From: Diploschistes diacapsis
Lineage: Eukaryota
DNA length: 55,898 nucleotides
Direction of reading: 5' to 3'
Assembly (NCBI GenBank): GCA_023645945.1
Contig: JALAIB010000006.1
Location: 1 to 55,898 of the forward strand
Program-made: the position numbers and the translations under genes
Notes under the pieces: model-generated
What the model was told of the DNA's origin: nothing
The model's database searches: none
Seen by the model: only the letters and a program-made list of their open reading frames with translations
Part shown: one piece after another, positions 24,681 through 35,616 of the stretch
Layout: each line of letters begins with the position of its first letter
How positions within the stretch are numbered: position 1 is the stretch's first letter

Positions 24681-26180
24681 ATGGCAGAAGGAAGCGGCTC
24701 GGCTTCAAGCGGTGCAGGAGGGGCGAGGACCGAAAGCGCCGTCATCGAGGACACCATTCACAGACCTGGCACCATCAAGATAAATGTCACTGGAGCTTTC
24801 ATCACCGACGAGGGCTCAGCTACACCACAGCAACTGAGCGAGGAAGGGGTCTTCCATGATACAAAGGATATTCGGCTTCCGCATCACACTTCAGTAGTCA
24901 GTCATGTTGCAGTCGATGTAAGCTTCACAAATATACATGAAGATCGTTGTCTAGATCTAAGCTTGTTCATTAGATTGGAGGTTCGCTAGCAAAGCTGGTC
25001 TATTTCTCACGAGAGCCGAATTCCCAGGTGCTGGGTGGACGCCTGAACTTTATCAAGTTCGAAACTGGCAAGATCGAGCAATGCTTGGAGTACATCAACC
25101 AGTTGAAAACTCGGCATCAGGCCACCAATGGCACTAAGCCTGGCGAGCTCTGTGTTATTGCTACTGGCGGTGGAGCCTACAAGTACTACGACCGGATGAG
25201 GGAGGTCTTGGGCGTGGAGGTCCTGAGGGAAGACGAGATGGAATGTCTTATTGTCGGTCGGCCTCCCAAAAGAAGCTCGTATCGAACCACCACCACTGAC
25301 ATCCCGAAGGACTAGACTTCTTCATCACGGAGCTCCCGCAAGAAGTCTTCACCTATAGCAACGAGGATGACATGAGATTCGCCGCAGCCAGAGCCGACAT
25401 ATACCCGTACCTGCTTGTCAACATCGGCTCGGGAGTCTCCATGATCAAAGTGTCTGGCCCAAGACAGTTTGATCGAATCGGCGGAACCTCGCTTGGAGGA
25501 GGGACGCTTTGGGGCCTCTTGTCACTTCTCACTGGAGCACGAACCTTCGACGCTATGCTCGAGCTTGCTGATAAGGGCGACAACAGTGCCGTTGACATGA
25601 TGGTTGGGGACATCTACGGCACCGATTACGGCAAGGTTGGCCTCAAGAGCAACACGATAGCCTCGAGCTTTGGGAAAGTGTTCAAGATGAAACAAGAGGC
25701 GGAAATGGATGCCGAGGATGGAGGCGGACTGGCGATGGGCGAGCTGGCAGATGCAGAAAGCTCAGGGGACGCTCGGCGGTTTGCACCGGAGGACATTAGT
25801 CGTAGTCTACTTTTTGCTATCAGGTAGTCGTTGTGCCCCTCTGCGTGCCGACAGCTAATGTTTTACAGTTACAACATTGGTCAGATAGCGTATCTGCAAT
25901 CCGAGAAGCACAACCTACAGCACATATATTTTGGTGGCTCTTTCATTAGAGGGCATCGCCAAACGTGGGTAGCGCTACACCCTCTCCGAACCTAGCTGAC
26001 ACGATGAACAGGATGGACACTCTATCGTTTGCTATCAAGTTCTGGTCGCAGGGCCAGAAGCAAGCCTACTTCTTGAGGCATGAAGGATATCTTGGATCAA
26101 CTGGCGCCTTCTTGAAGCAGCAGCCAAGGAACTGGGGCCGCCGCAATAGTCTCGAAGCCTTGGAGGAAAGGGCGTTTTAG
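24681..26180 (+). CDS. CAB1: Type II (eukaryotic) pantothenate kinase, 5 exons
   Basis: [73 protein letters not shown] and [12 protein letters not shown]. Confidence 0.95.
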
Positions 26181-26667
26181 TAGGAGATAATCGATTTCGT
26201 CATGCTTTAATCTCTGTAACATTGCCAACAGTCTAAGAATGCTCAATAGAACATAATTTGAGCATTGTTCACGATTTTCTTGAACCTCGAGCACAGGAAC
26301 ATGTGAATACGCGAGCACATGGTTCATCCTTTTTTCATGTTTGATCTTGAATGAGTAAATTTCCTTTTGTTAGCCCCTATTCCATCACATAAAGAACACA
26401 ATGGCTATCGTAATCCTTTGCAAGTATATTAATGTCCTTTGAAGCTATTCATGGCCACAATGGGAAGATGTTATTTTTATCGGTCATAGGTATTTCAAGG
26501 CCTTTCCTAATATCTCCCATCCGTGCTGCGCTCTTTTTCTTCTTCAACCTCCGCAAGTCTTCTTCATTAATGTTTTTTTTTTTGCTTTTATTTCGAGATA
26601 TATCAAAAATCCCTCGTTTATATATTCATCTACAGCTTTTAGAGTCTGTGACTCGCCGTATCCAGTA

Positions 26668-28467
26668 ATGTCCAACCAAGCACCGGCCGCTGGCGGTCAA
26701 GGCCATATTGTGAGGTTTGGTAGCGTCGAGGCGGTCAGAAACATGATTGCGGGACTAGCACCAAACGCTCGCAAGGACTGTGTGATCGACTACCACAAGC
26801 GAAACGAAGGAACCTCCCGCGACGCCCTGGACGATCCCGAGGACGGAGACGTGATCGGCGCCATCAGGCTCATACCGCTCCACGAGAAGCAGGTCGGCTA
26901 TCTCCTCGAGCACCACGACGGCGGCGTTTATCTGCTGAAATCAAAAAGGGGGAGCGGCAAGAACCAAACGCTGCGCTATCTGGCTTACAGGTCCGACGGG
27001 ACCTTCACCTACCAGCCGCATTTCTGGGGCATCAAGCCCAACTCCGTCGTCAACGTCGTCAAGAACGGGGCGGGAGCGGGCGCGAAGCCCAAGTCTGGCG
27101 CACCGAAGCAGCAGAGGCTGAAGTTGAATCCGCCAAAGAAGCGGAAAAGGGAGCAGCAAGCCGGAACCGAGGAAAGTCCCGAAGCCGCAGAAGTAGCCGC
27201 AGCGGCCGCAGAAACTGTCGCCGCCGACGCCGTGCACGAAGAAGCTATAGCAATAGGTGCAGCGCTCGCAGCATCCATCGAGGTGCCTGCCCAGCAGTCC
27301 ATGGAGGAGCCGGCGCAGAAGAAGAGCAAAACCGCCGAGGCCCCGGCTGCCGTCGCCAATCCCGCTCCCAGGAGGAGAGGCCGCCCTAGGAAAGACGCGT
27401 CGAAGACCACCACCACCGCCGCCGCCACCGCTGCTCCGCCAGCCTCTCCGCTTGCTCCGACAACACCCGCACCAGACAGCCAAGCGGCCGAGCCTCCTTC
27501 CAAGAGGGCTACCAGGGCAGCTCCCAGGAAGAAGCCACTTGACGCGAAGGAGCCCGATGACACGAAGAAGTCGGTCGCCTCGAAGAGGCCAACTGCCACG
27601 AAGAGGCCGGCTACCGCGAAGGAGCCCGCAGCCGCCACGAAGAAGCCAGCTGCGAAGAAGAAGCAGAAGGTCGTCAGGAAATTTCCATCGAGGCCCTATA
27701 CCCCCTTTACCTCCATCCTCCCCGCTGCCGCCGCACCTTCCGTCGCGCCCTCGACCGCTCCCAATGCCCAGACCATCGTCGGCCGCGCGTCTCTCCGCAG
27801 CCGCGGCCCCGCTCCGGAAGCGGGGGGCACGGGCGGCAGGAAACACGTCGAAGGCGACAGCAAGTGCTACTGGGAACGCCTGACGGACGACCGGGAGCAC
27901 ATACCGAGACCGATGGTTTTCCGGCGCGACGACAGGGTGGTGCTGGATGGAGGGGCACCCCAGGAGTATCGCCTGACGGGCATGAAGTTGAGGGAAGGGA
28001 AAGAGCCCGGCGGTCAGCTTCGTAGCGGCCGGTCGGGGAAGAAGAAGCAACAGGAAGTAATTGAGCGGAAGTACTGGGGGCCTACAACGGAGGGGAATAC
28101 GGGAGGCAGAAGTGAGGTGGTGAAGGCGCAGAAGCAGACAAAGGGAAAGAAGACGACGCCACGAGAGGAAAGGAAGATGATGTGGAGGGGCGAGCTGATG
28201 AGGAGTATGGAGGAGAAGGCCTTGGGCGAGAAGGCGGGAAAGGAAGGAGCGCAAGACGGGGCCGAAGCGAAGAAAGGGATGGCGACGAGTTCTCTGAGAT
28301 TGAGAATAAGGTATTCCGGCGGCGAAGGGCTGGTCGTTAGCGATGACGAAGTGGAAGAGGTGCCGAACCCTTTGAGATATCGAGGCCGAGGAGCAGCTAC
28401 TAAGCGCTTCACTAGAACCCCCGAGAGCGGCGAGTACGGCGAAGAGGACACCAGCGAGGCAGATTAG
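26668..28467 (+). CDS. Orphan intronless 599-aa protein with AT-hook and Lys/Ala/Pro-rich (histone H1 tail-like) region
   Basis: Uninterrupted GC-rich ORF. RRRGRPRK AT-hook, NLS-like PPKKRKR, and repeats KRPTAT/KRPATA/KEPAAAT/KKPAAKKK. The globular-looking N-terminal ~130 aa is unrecognised. Confidence 0.75.
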   Translation: MSNQAPAAGGQGHIVRFGSVEAVRNMIAGLAPNARKDCVIDYHKRNEGTSRDALDDPEDGDVIGAIRLIPLHEKQVGYLLEHHDGGVYLLKSKRGSGKNQTLRYLAYRSDGTFTYQPHFWGIKPNSVVNVVKNGAGAGAKPKSGAPKQQRLKLNPPKKRKREQQAGTEESPEAAEVAAAAAETVAADAVHEEAIAIGAALAASIEVPAQQSMEEPAQKKSKTAEAPAAVANPAPRRRGRPRKDASKTTTTAAATAAPPASPLAPTTPAPDSQAAEPPSKRATRAAPRKKPLDAKEPDDTKKSVASKRPTATKRPATAKEPAAATKKPAAKKKQKVVRKFPSRPYTPFTSILPAAAAPSVAPSTAPNAQTIVGRASLRSRGPAPEAGGTGGRKHVEGDSKCYWERLTDDREHIPRPMVFRRDDRVVLDGGAPQEYRLTGMKLREGKEPGGQLRSGRSGKKKQQEVIERKYWGPTTEGNTGGRSEVVKAQKQTKGKKTTPREERKMMWRGELMRSMEEKALGEKAGKEGAQDGAEAKKGMATSSLRLRIRYSGGEGLVVSDDEVEEVPNPLRYRGRGAATKRFTRTPESGEYGEEDTSEAD

Positions 28468-28738
28468 TATTTGCTCGAGCGTTCGCCAATCGAGGCTGTT
28501 TAATTTCGCAATAGATGAAGAGCCCTCAGTTGAAGATGTCCCCAGACACAGGAACCTCGGGCGTTATAGAAGTAACAACAGGCAATAGCAAGTAAGGCCA
28601 AGGAGTGGTTAGATATAGGACATTAGTCGAAATTAATTTTTCTATTGTCGTGGACTGAGGATTGTAAGTATTCGGGCGTCAACCTGCCAATGGAAATGCC
28701 ATTTCGCCTCCTGGCGTATCATAAGCCAAAGGCTGCCT

Positions 28739-30027
28739 CTAAGTCCCCTTCAAGCGACCCCATTCTGGTGGCTCGAGTACTACTTGACCCTCAGTGTCGA
28801 TAACTTTGCCACGATCCCATTCCCTCCCCTCGCCCTTCTTCTTCCACACTACGTCTTCTTCTTTCTTCTCGGTGCCATTCTCCCACTTGTCAACTTCTTC
28901 CTTTGTAAACCCCGCCGCGCGTAGTCTGTCCGCACCTTTCTGCTTCCAGTGTTGGCGATCTCTGAGCGCCTCTAAAGCCATGTCCCAGTCATCGTCAATG
29001 CTATCATCAAGTTGAACATCAGCTGAAGGATTGTAAGACGCCGCGAAGCGAGATTCGATACCAGAAGATGTGGCCAATGCACCACGTCCTCGCGGGCGAA
29101 CTCTGGGAGGTGGGGAAGGTGGCGCAGGCCCGATAGTTGCCTCGAGTGGATCAGAATCTTTATCCTTTGCTATCATGGGCGATCTTTGCGATTTGTTCAT
29201 TGCACTATACGCTTTCTTAGACTCCGCCGAGTCGCGGTAATGCGTTCGCCGCTCTGAGGGGGCTTGTGGGTCGCCTGGGCGACTTCGGCAACGCCGAGCT
29301 TGTTCAGGGGTTTGGTCGGCGTCGAGTTCTGGGGAGCGTCGCCAATAATGTTTCCGGTCAGCATCGTTTCGATGACTCTGGGAATGACCGTGTGGACTTC
29401 GACTGCGAAGTCGCTCAGCCCGTTCTTCCCTGCTCCGGCCTCCGTCTCTGTCGGTTCGACGCCGGCGGTGTCTCTTTCGGTCATCTTCGTCTTCGTCCCT
29501 AATTTCGTCGTCGTCCTCGCAAGCCTCCCGAGTCTTCCCTTGCCTGTAGATTCTGCTGTTCTTCTCGTGCCCCCGTGATCGCCCCCGTGATCCACAAGCG
29601 GAAGTCTCCCTCGAAAGTCGGCCTTGATCCTCATCTGGCCTCTTGAGCCTCCTTCTTTTAGACCGATGGCGATCGATGCTGTGCTCCCTGGCGCGACGAT
29701 GATCGTGTCTCCGATCCTCAACAATATCTCTTCTCATCCGCCTGAGCCTCCTTGCTGCATCTTCCCGCTCCTTGTCTTTTAGAGCGGCATTATGAGTGTC
29801 GGTCTCGCGCAGGATATTTTGTAGAAACCTGGTGTTCGGTTTTGGAGCAGATAGTGTAGGCCTTGGTACATCATCTCAGTTGCGCCACTACATCAAAGGA
29901 TGAGTACCCACCTCTTTGGTAACAGTGCCTCAAGACCTAATGCAGAGTATCTACTCGCACTGTGCCGGGCATCTCGCTTCAAAAGATCCGCAACATAGTC
30001 GTCAGACATGTAATCCTTAGAAGCCAT
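28739..30027 (-). CDS. Conserved fungal Arg/Ser-rich nuclear protein (family often labelled pre-mRNA-splicing factor 38B-like), 2 exons
   Basis: MASKDYMSDDYVADLLKRDA...LLPKR|PTLSAPKPNTRFLQNILRETDTHN at the N-terminus and RGRG..., DDWDMALEALRDR, GADRLRAAGF, WKKKGEGREWDRGK at the C-terminus. Confidence 0.8.
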
Positions 30028-30325
30028 GCTGCGCGACCACGTTCCATAGCTTTCTTGGGAGTCATCCAAGCTCTTCTTGCATCTGCATCAGGGAGCATCT
30101 AGTGAGGTCAAATATAATCATCCGTACATTCAAAACGTATTCGTACAGAACGGGAGCACAGGATAGACTCTGATAAGCGCCGAGGCTGCCAAGCCTTTTG
30201 AACCGTTATACCTAAAATAGACTACTGACTCTCGGCGTTAAAACGCTCTATCCTGTATCTACTTCAAGTTCCATATAGGCGCCAACATAAATACAACCTC
30301 TGTGTCCGCGCACTTCCTCCTCGAT

Positions 30326-32080
30326 ATGACTCGTGACATCGCAAGTTCAGGTATCCAAAGATATCAACGGCGGCAGTCAAGACCAAAAGACCTAGGTATG
30401 CCCTCTCACTTCTACCAAATTAGCTACTTATCCTTGACTTGACAATAGGGAAACGTCGTCAAGGTGTTCGGAAAGCAGAAGTGAAGGGACCTCTACGGCG
30501 AAGCGCACGTCTAAATCCTGAGCTCTGTAACCGCATTGAGCAGCAACAGTCTCTCCCCATCAATAAGACGCTGAGCAACAGGGTACAGCATACCATCCCA
30601 TCATACTGCGATGCCGATCCAGATTAAGATTCAATAGGCCTCGTCGGCTGCGTCGCAAGCTCGAGGTCAAAAACGACGCCGTTTTGAAAGCCTCTGTGAG
30701 GCCATCCCCAACTTTCCTATCCAAAAGCGACCACCAACAACTCAAGGCTCTGCCTTTGAGAAACAAGCTTGTCAAACGGGATCGCTCTGCGGCAGCGAAC
30801 CATTTGTTGGCGCCATTGATTATTGGAGCAAGACACACACTTGGCCGAAGCAATATTTCGAGCCTTTGATTATGAATCATCTGCTTGCGAGGAAAAAGTC
30901 GACGGCTTCTCTTCTTCGCAAACGATCCATGACCTCCGATGCATCCGCAACGCCGAGCGACCAAAAAACAAGAGAGGAGAAGAGTGCGCCATATCGAAAT
31001 CCAGTCTACAGAATCCAACTAGAGAAGAAGAACAGTTATATGAACAGATATGTGGGCGAGAACGAAGCAGACGTAACAGAAACGAGCAAGAAGCTCTGTC
31101 AAACGTTACTACAAACGAAACAGACAGTCCCAGAAGATTCTATGTTTGCGGACGAGTTCTTCCAGGATACTTGCGAAATGTTACGAGACAGAAATGAATC
31201 CAAGGTTATCCAGGACATTACTCGGCTCATTGTCCCTTCTGCGCAGTCTTTGGCCATACGTGCCATCAGGGGTGGGAGCAAAAACCTCAAGTATCTAATC
31301 GAAAGCGTCAACGAAGGCTGGAATAACTCTATTCCCCTTATCGGACGTCGTCCACAGCCTGACTACGCTGTAGGACTTAAGCGGACCGCATTTACTGAGG
31401 AGCAGCTTGCTAAGATAGAGCCTATTATAGGCGACATCGTTACGGAGATGTCCCTCTTCATGGCTACTTATTACATGTACTTTCCTTTCTTGACCTGCGA
31501 AGTGAAGAGTGGTGCTGCGGCGCTTGACATCGCAGATCGGCAAAATGCTCACAGTATGACCCTTGCAGTTAGGGCTATTGTTGAGCTTTTTCGGCTTGGA
31601 AAGCGCGAGAAAGAAGTCCATCGAGAAATTATGGCTTTCTCTATATCGCACGACCATCGAACGGTAAGGATCTACGGCCACTACCCGGTCATCGATGGAA
31701 AAAGGACTATTTATTACCGGCACCCAATCCGCGAGTTCAATTTCATAGAACTAGACAGCAAGGACAAGTGGACAGCATACAAATTCACCAAGAATATCTA
31801 CGAGGTATGGATGCCGGAACACTTGGCTAGAATTCGCTCTGTTCTTGACGAACTACCTTCCGATATCAACTTTGAAGCTCGGCCGCATTCGGAAGCAACT
31901 GGGCTTTCACAGAGATTTGAGGGTAGCCATATCGCGCGGCCGCTCACGGAGCCAGGGTCTTTGCTAGGGCAGTCTGACACTCAACCTAGGATTGCTGATC
32001 AAGTAGCCACTCCTAGCACTTCCCTTACCACTCCAGCAACGTCCAAAAGGCCTAAGAATAATGCGAGAGCGCAAACATGA
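30326..32080 (+). CDS. DUF7924-type PD-(D/E)XK nuclease-fold protein, apparently intact; start inferred through two short introns
   Basis: LRRSARL, IDYWSKTHTWPKQYFE (in frame upstream of ORF 30866), MNHLLARKKS, ESVNEGWN, RPQPDYAVG, FPFLTCEVKSG, DIADRQN, AFSISHD and VRIYGHY. Confidence 0.8.
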
Positions 32081-32565
32081 ACAATCTGGCTCTCGATCTC
32101 TAACTCTTCCGTTTCTCAGTTCGCGAGGCAGATGGTTTATAATGTTAAGGGCTTGTCATCTTCACAGGCTGGGAGGTTGATGGTGGCGAGAGCTTTCAAG
32201 CCAGAGTTTGCGAAAAGGTTCTGGTTGATGCAACAACACGGCTTTTTGCTTAATACTGTCTTTTAACGCCTGTCCGAGTCACTGGGATGAGTCGATGAAA
32301 GCGAAACAGCAAGCGATAATAGTACCGTTAACGACCAGTTTGCGCCACACTGTTTTAAAAGGAATCTTGGAGGCTGTAGAATATTTGCCCGCATCTGTTA
32401 AACGGAGCGGTCTGTCCTTTACAGTGCCCAATCTTTCACTTGAGACACGCAAGCAAGCGGCGTCACTGTCTTTCAGACAACAAGAGAAAGTGGAGAAGTC
32501 GCTAAGATGAAAGAACGTATTGGCCTGCTTTGCAGCTCTAGCGGCAGAAGGAGATCATTCACTGC

Positions 32566-33246
32566 GTGTTCCATTCCCATTCCCTTCCCATTCCCGACGA
32601 AGGTTCTGTTCAGCGAGAACATACATGTGCGCATCAACCAAAATATCCCGTATTTACTTTGGGCATACTGACACACACATCTTCGCACTATAAGATTATT
32701 CAGCCCTACAGTTACCGCCGTAAAAAAGTCGCAAAGTTACTGGCCTCGTTTAATAACCAAGAGATGGAATCTCCTCATGGACTTCGCCTTATTCTATCTG
32801 AGCTGATGGCAGAATATGAGCAGCACCTCGCTTCTCTGCAAGGCCACGCTGCCACTGGCACGGATTTTGGAACCCCCACGGTTCGTCGATCCATTGTGAA
32901 GCAGCTGTCGGAAGACCCGGGAGGAGAGGCAGTGGCGAATGTAGCTCCTGGGGAAAGAGGTAAAGATACGAGAGCAAGCAGAGATGTTGACAAAGTTTCT
33001 CCTACGGACTCGATCGTCAAAAATGCCGTCAGTGCCGCTTGACTCGTTAATACGATTTTGAAATCACTCAAATCCGGGTTCGATACCTCACCGCTAGCCG
33101 ACGGTAATCTTCGCGTCTATAATGAAGTGGGCAAAAAACTTCATCTCACCAGGCTCAGGTATGAAATGTTCAGGAGAAATGGCATCATAAAAAAGTCAAG
33201 GCATACAAAACGAAACCTCAATACGTTTGAAATCTCCTTAAGGTAG
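32566..33246 (+). pseudogene. Possible interrupted hypothetical gene
   Basis: ORFs 32566-33042 and 33058-33246 are in the same frame, separated by a single TGA. No recognisable domain. Confidence 0.25.
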
Positions 33247-34008
33247 GAAGGCGGATTTTGCTATTCAAATTTCCTAAGATATATATTTTATCACCCAGTA
33301 TCCGAGTCTTATCACCATCCCCATTTGTTCGACGAGTCGGGAGTGAAATCTTGAAACGGGCGAGTCTTGGTCCATTGTCATGCCGATAACCTTTCTCAAG
33401 CATTGTCTGGCTTGGTATCGCTGACTTATTCGGCAGGCGCTGTTTGTGGTATCTCTTGGTTTCACGATCGTTTGAAGAAACAGTGGCTGATAGACCGTCC
33501 TACCCGTCTGATGTATCTACCAGCCATGCAAGATTGAGGCAAGTTTCGTACGTACTTGGAGCCGTTCGAAGAAGATGCACAGACTCCTTCGACCTTTCGA
33601 CCACAGAACGCCATTACTACTCAATAACGGCGAACGGGAGGCCATCGATCATGTGGGGGACTAGAAAGAAAACGGAAACCAGGCAGTAAAGTAGAGCCAA
33701 CAGGCGATATTAAGAATGATTAGCACACCAGACACCTCTTCCACCAGCTTTTGCCCGCACAAGAGCTTGGGGATGCTCCAGCTCGATTATAAAACAGATC
33801 TGAGATACTCCGTAGAATTTTTAGACTTACTTTTGATCTGAAGCATCGGCCCCGCTCTTATTTCGGCATAAGTGGCAGAAAAAGCTTGTGGCATGCAAAA
33901 TTATCTTTAATATATAAACCACCCCCGGGGGACCGTTAGTAGCCGAAAGTCAACAAACACACGACAAACCGCATGCATTTATAGAGAGAGTCTGATTGAA
34001 GAAACGCC

Positions 34009-34977
34009 ATGGCGCCAACGAACATGACTTATGCCGAGACAGAAAAAGCACTGAGGGAGCTCCAAAGCCAAGAGCTATCGATACTACGGCTGGCAGAGCC
34101 CGTGAGCTCAAACAGCTCGCTCAACCAAGCAAACCGCAACTCCGATGCCTCCGCAGATCCATCAGACAACCCCACGCCAGCAAGCTTCACGGCAGATCTG
34201 GCGCACTACAAGGCAAGTTGGAAACAAAAGCGACCGTTCGAGATGCTCTCTCATGTCGCCCACAGGAACTGTTCTCGAAACTCAGGTTTTCGTACTTGGA
34301 GCAGGTCACCAAGGAGAAATTCCTGCGCGCCATTGTCGGGGACCCACCGTTGATTGTCGAGCAGCAAGAAAACATCGAGCTTGAGGCGCAGCTCGCGACA
34401 GCGAAGGCAGAGCTCAAGGCTCAGAAGGAGGAGGTAGCGTCGATGACGGCGGAGCTGGAGGCACGGGGAAGAGATCTCAGCCGCCGTAAGACCGAAAGGG
34501 AGCAGCTTTCCATGAAATCTGAGAGATGCTGATCAAGAAAAAACCGCAGGTTACGAGCGGATTCGGTTGCGAGCCACACAACTGTCCACGTTGCCCTCGG
34601 AAATTGCCGGGTTCGAAGAAACAATAGCAGCTCTCCGCAAGCAGCAGGGCGTGCAATCTGGCCAACCATCCTTGTCGCTTCCCTTGCCGGCCACTATCGA
34701 CCTGCTTTCTGCTCGGGAGGCGGAGCACGAGCTGCTGGAGCGGCAGCTTCGAAGCCTGCAGGCCGCTATTCCGAAGAAGTCGCGGGAACTGGACCGCCTG
34801 GAGAGCGAATTGAAACCAGTAAAAGCCCAGAAGGCTACGGCGATATCGGCCGCCAGGGAAGCGATGAGGCGGAAGGGCGAGGGCGAGAGGGGAGTAGGCG
34901 ATGGTTTAGAGATGAAGGGAAGATGGTTTCGGAGCGCCGACATGTGCTTGGGAGATATCCTCATCTCAGAACCGTAA
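34009..34977 (+). CDS. SOS7: Outer kinetochore protein Sos7 (Kre28/Zwint family), 3 exons
   Basis: TPASFTADLAHYK|ELFSKLRFSYLEQVTKEKFLRAIVGDPPLIVEQQEN followed by coiled coil. Intron 1 (34213-34265) is GC-AG. Confidence 0.85.
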
Positions 34978-35616
34978 GGTGGGAAACAGCTGCATTGTGT
35001 TTGTTTTGCCATTGTAGTCGGCTGTGCAGTTCGGCTGACTTTGGCATTGGTCTGCGAGGGCATGCGAGGGATCAGATGGTATGATGATCCTTAAGGGGTA
35101 TGAGTGCGCGTACGACTCATCCAAAGGCATGTGCTCTCCAGACACTCTAGTTTAAGATAACGTCGTCATGAAACGAGTTTTCGGGTCTCATATTTTGCTG
35201 GTTCAGAATGGCTTCTAAAAGCCGATTAGGAACGCAAGCTTTATTTAATACGATCAAGACTGGCACTCGTAAGTTTAACTTAATATTTGCATGACTTTAT
35301 GGCTCACGTAAGCTAGGAGCAGCGCGGAAAAGAATACCTATATAACCACACATTGGCGCTACCCATTTCAAGGTCATGAAGGTCATGTCGGCATCATCTG
35401 TATATATTTGCCCTGCAAGTCCCCCTATCTTGTTGCAAACATAGCTTTACGGCAGCGCACTGAATGTTAACATCAAAGGGTATCATTTCCAGAAATAAAT
35501 CTCACGTTGCCTCGGTCCGGTCCTAGATTTGGATGTTGCCGAAAAGGCTATCCAAGCAGGTATGAGGCAACGGTTGCAAAAAGGTCATTTAGGTCGTCAT
35601 TGTCACAATGACCATC

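Noticed and set aside
26941..28254. 437-aa and other long antisense or alternate-frame ORFs over the AT-hook gene
   Set aside because: Expected shadow ORFs of a GC-rich, low-complexity coding strand.
33798..33850. TPP riboswitch-like words (CTGAGA...CCGTAGAA...TGATCTG)
   Set aside because: Lacks the GATAATxCCAGCG core and P1/P2 pairing. Not in an intron of a thiamine gene.
35080..35160. Box C motif ATGATGA suggesting a C/D snoRNA
   Set aside because: No CTGA box D at a suitable distance, no terminal stem and no evident rRNA guide; lies in the likely SOS7 3' UTR.
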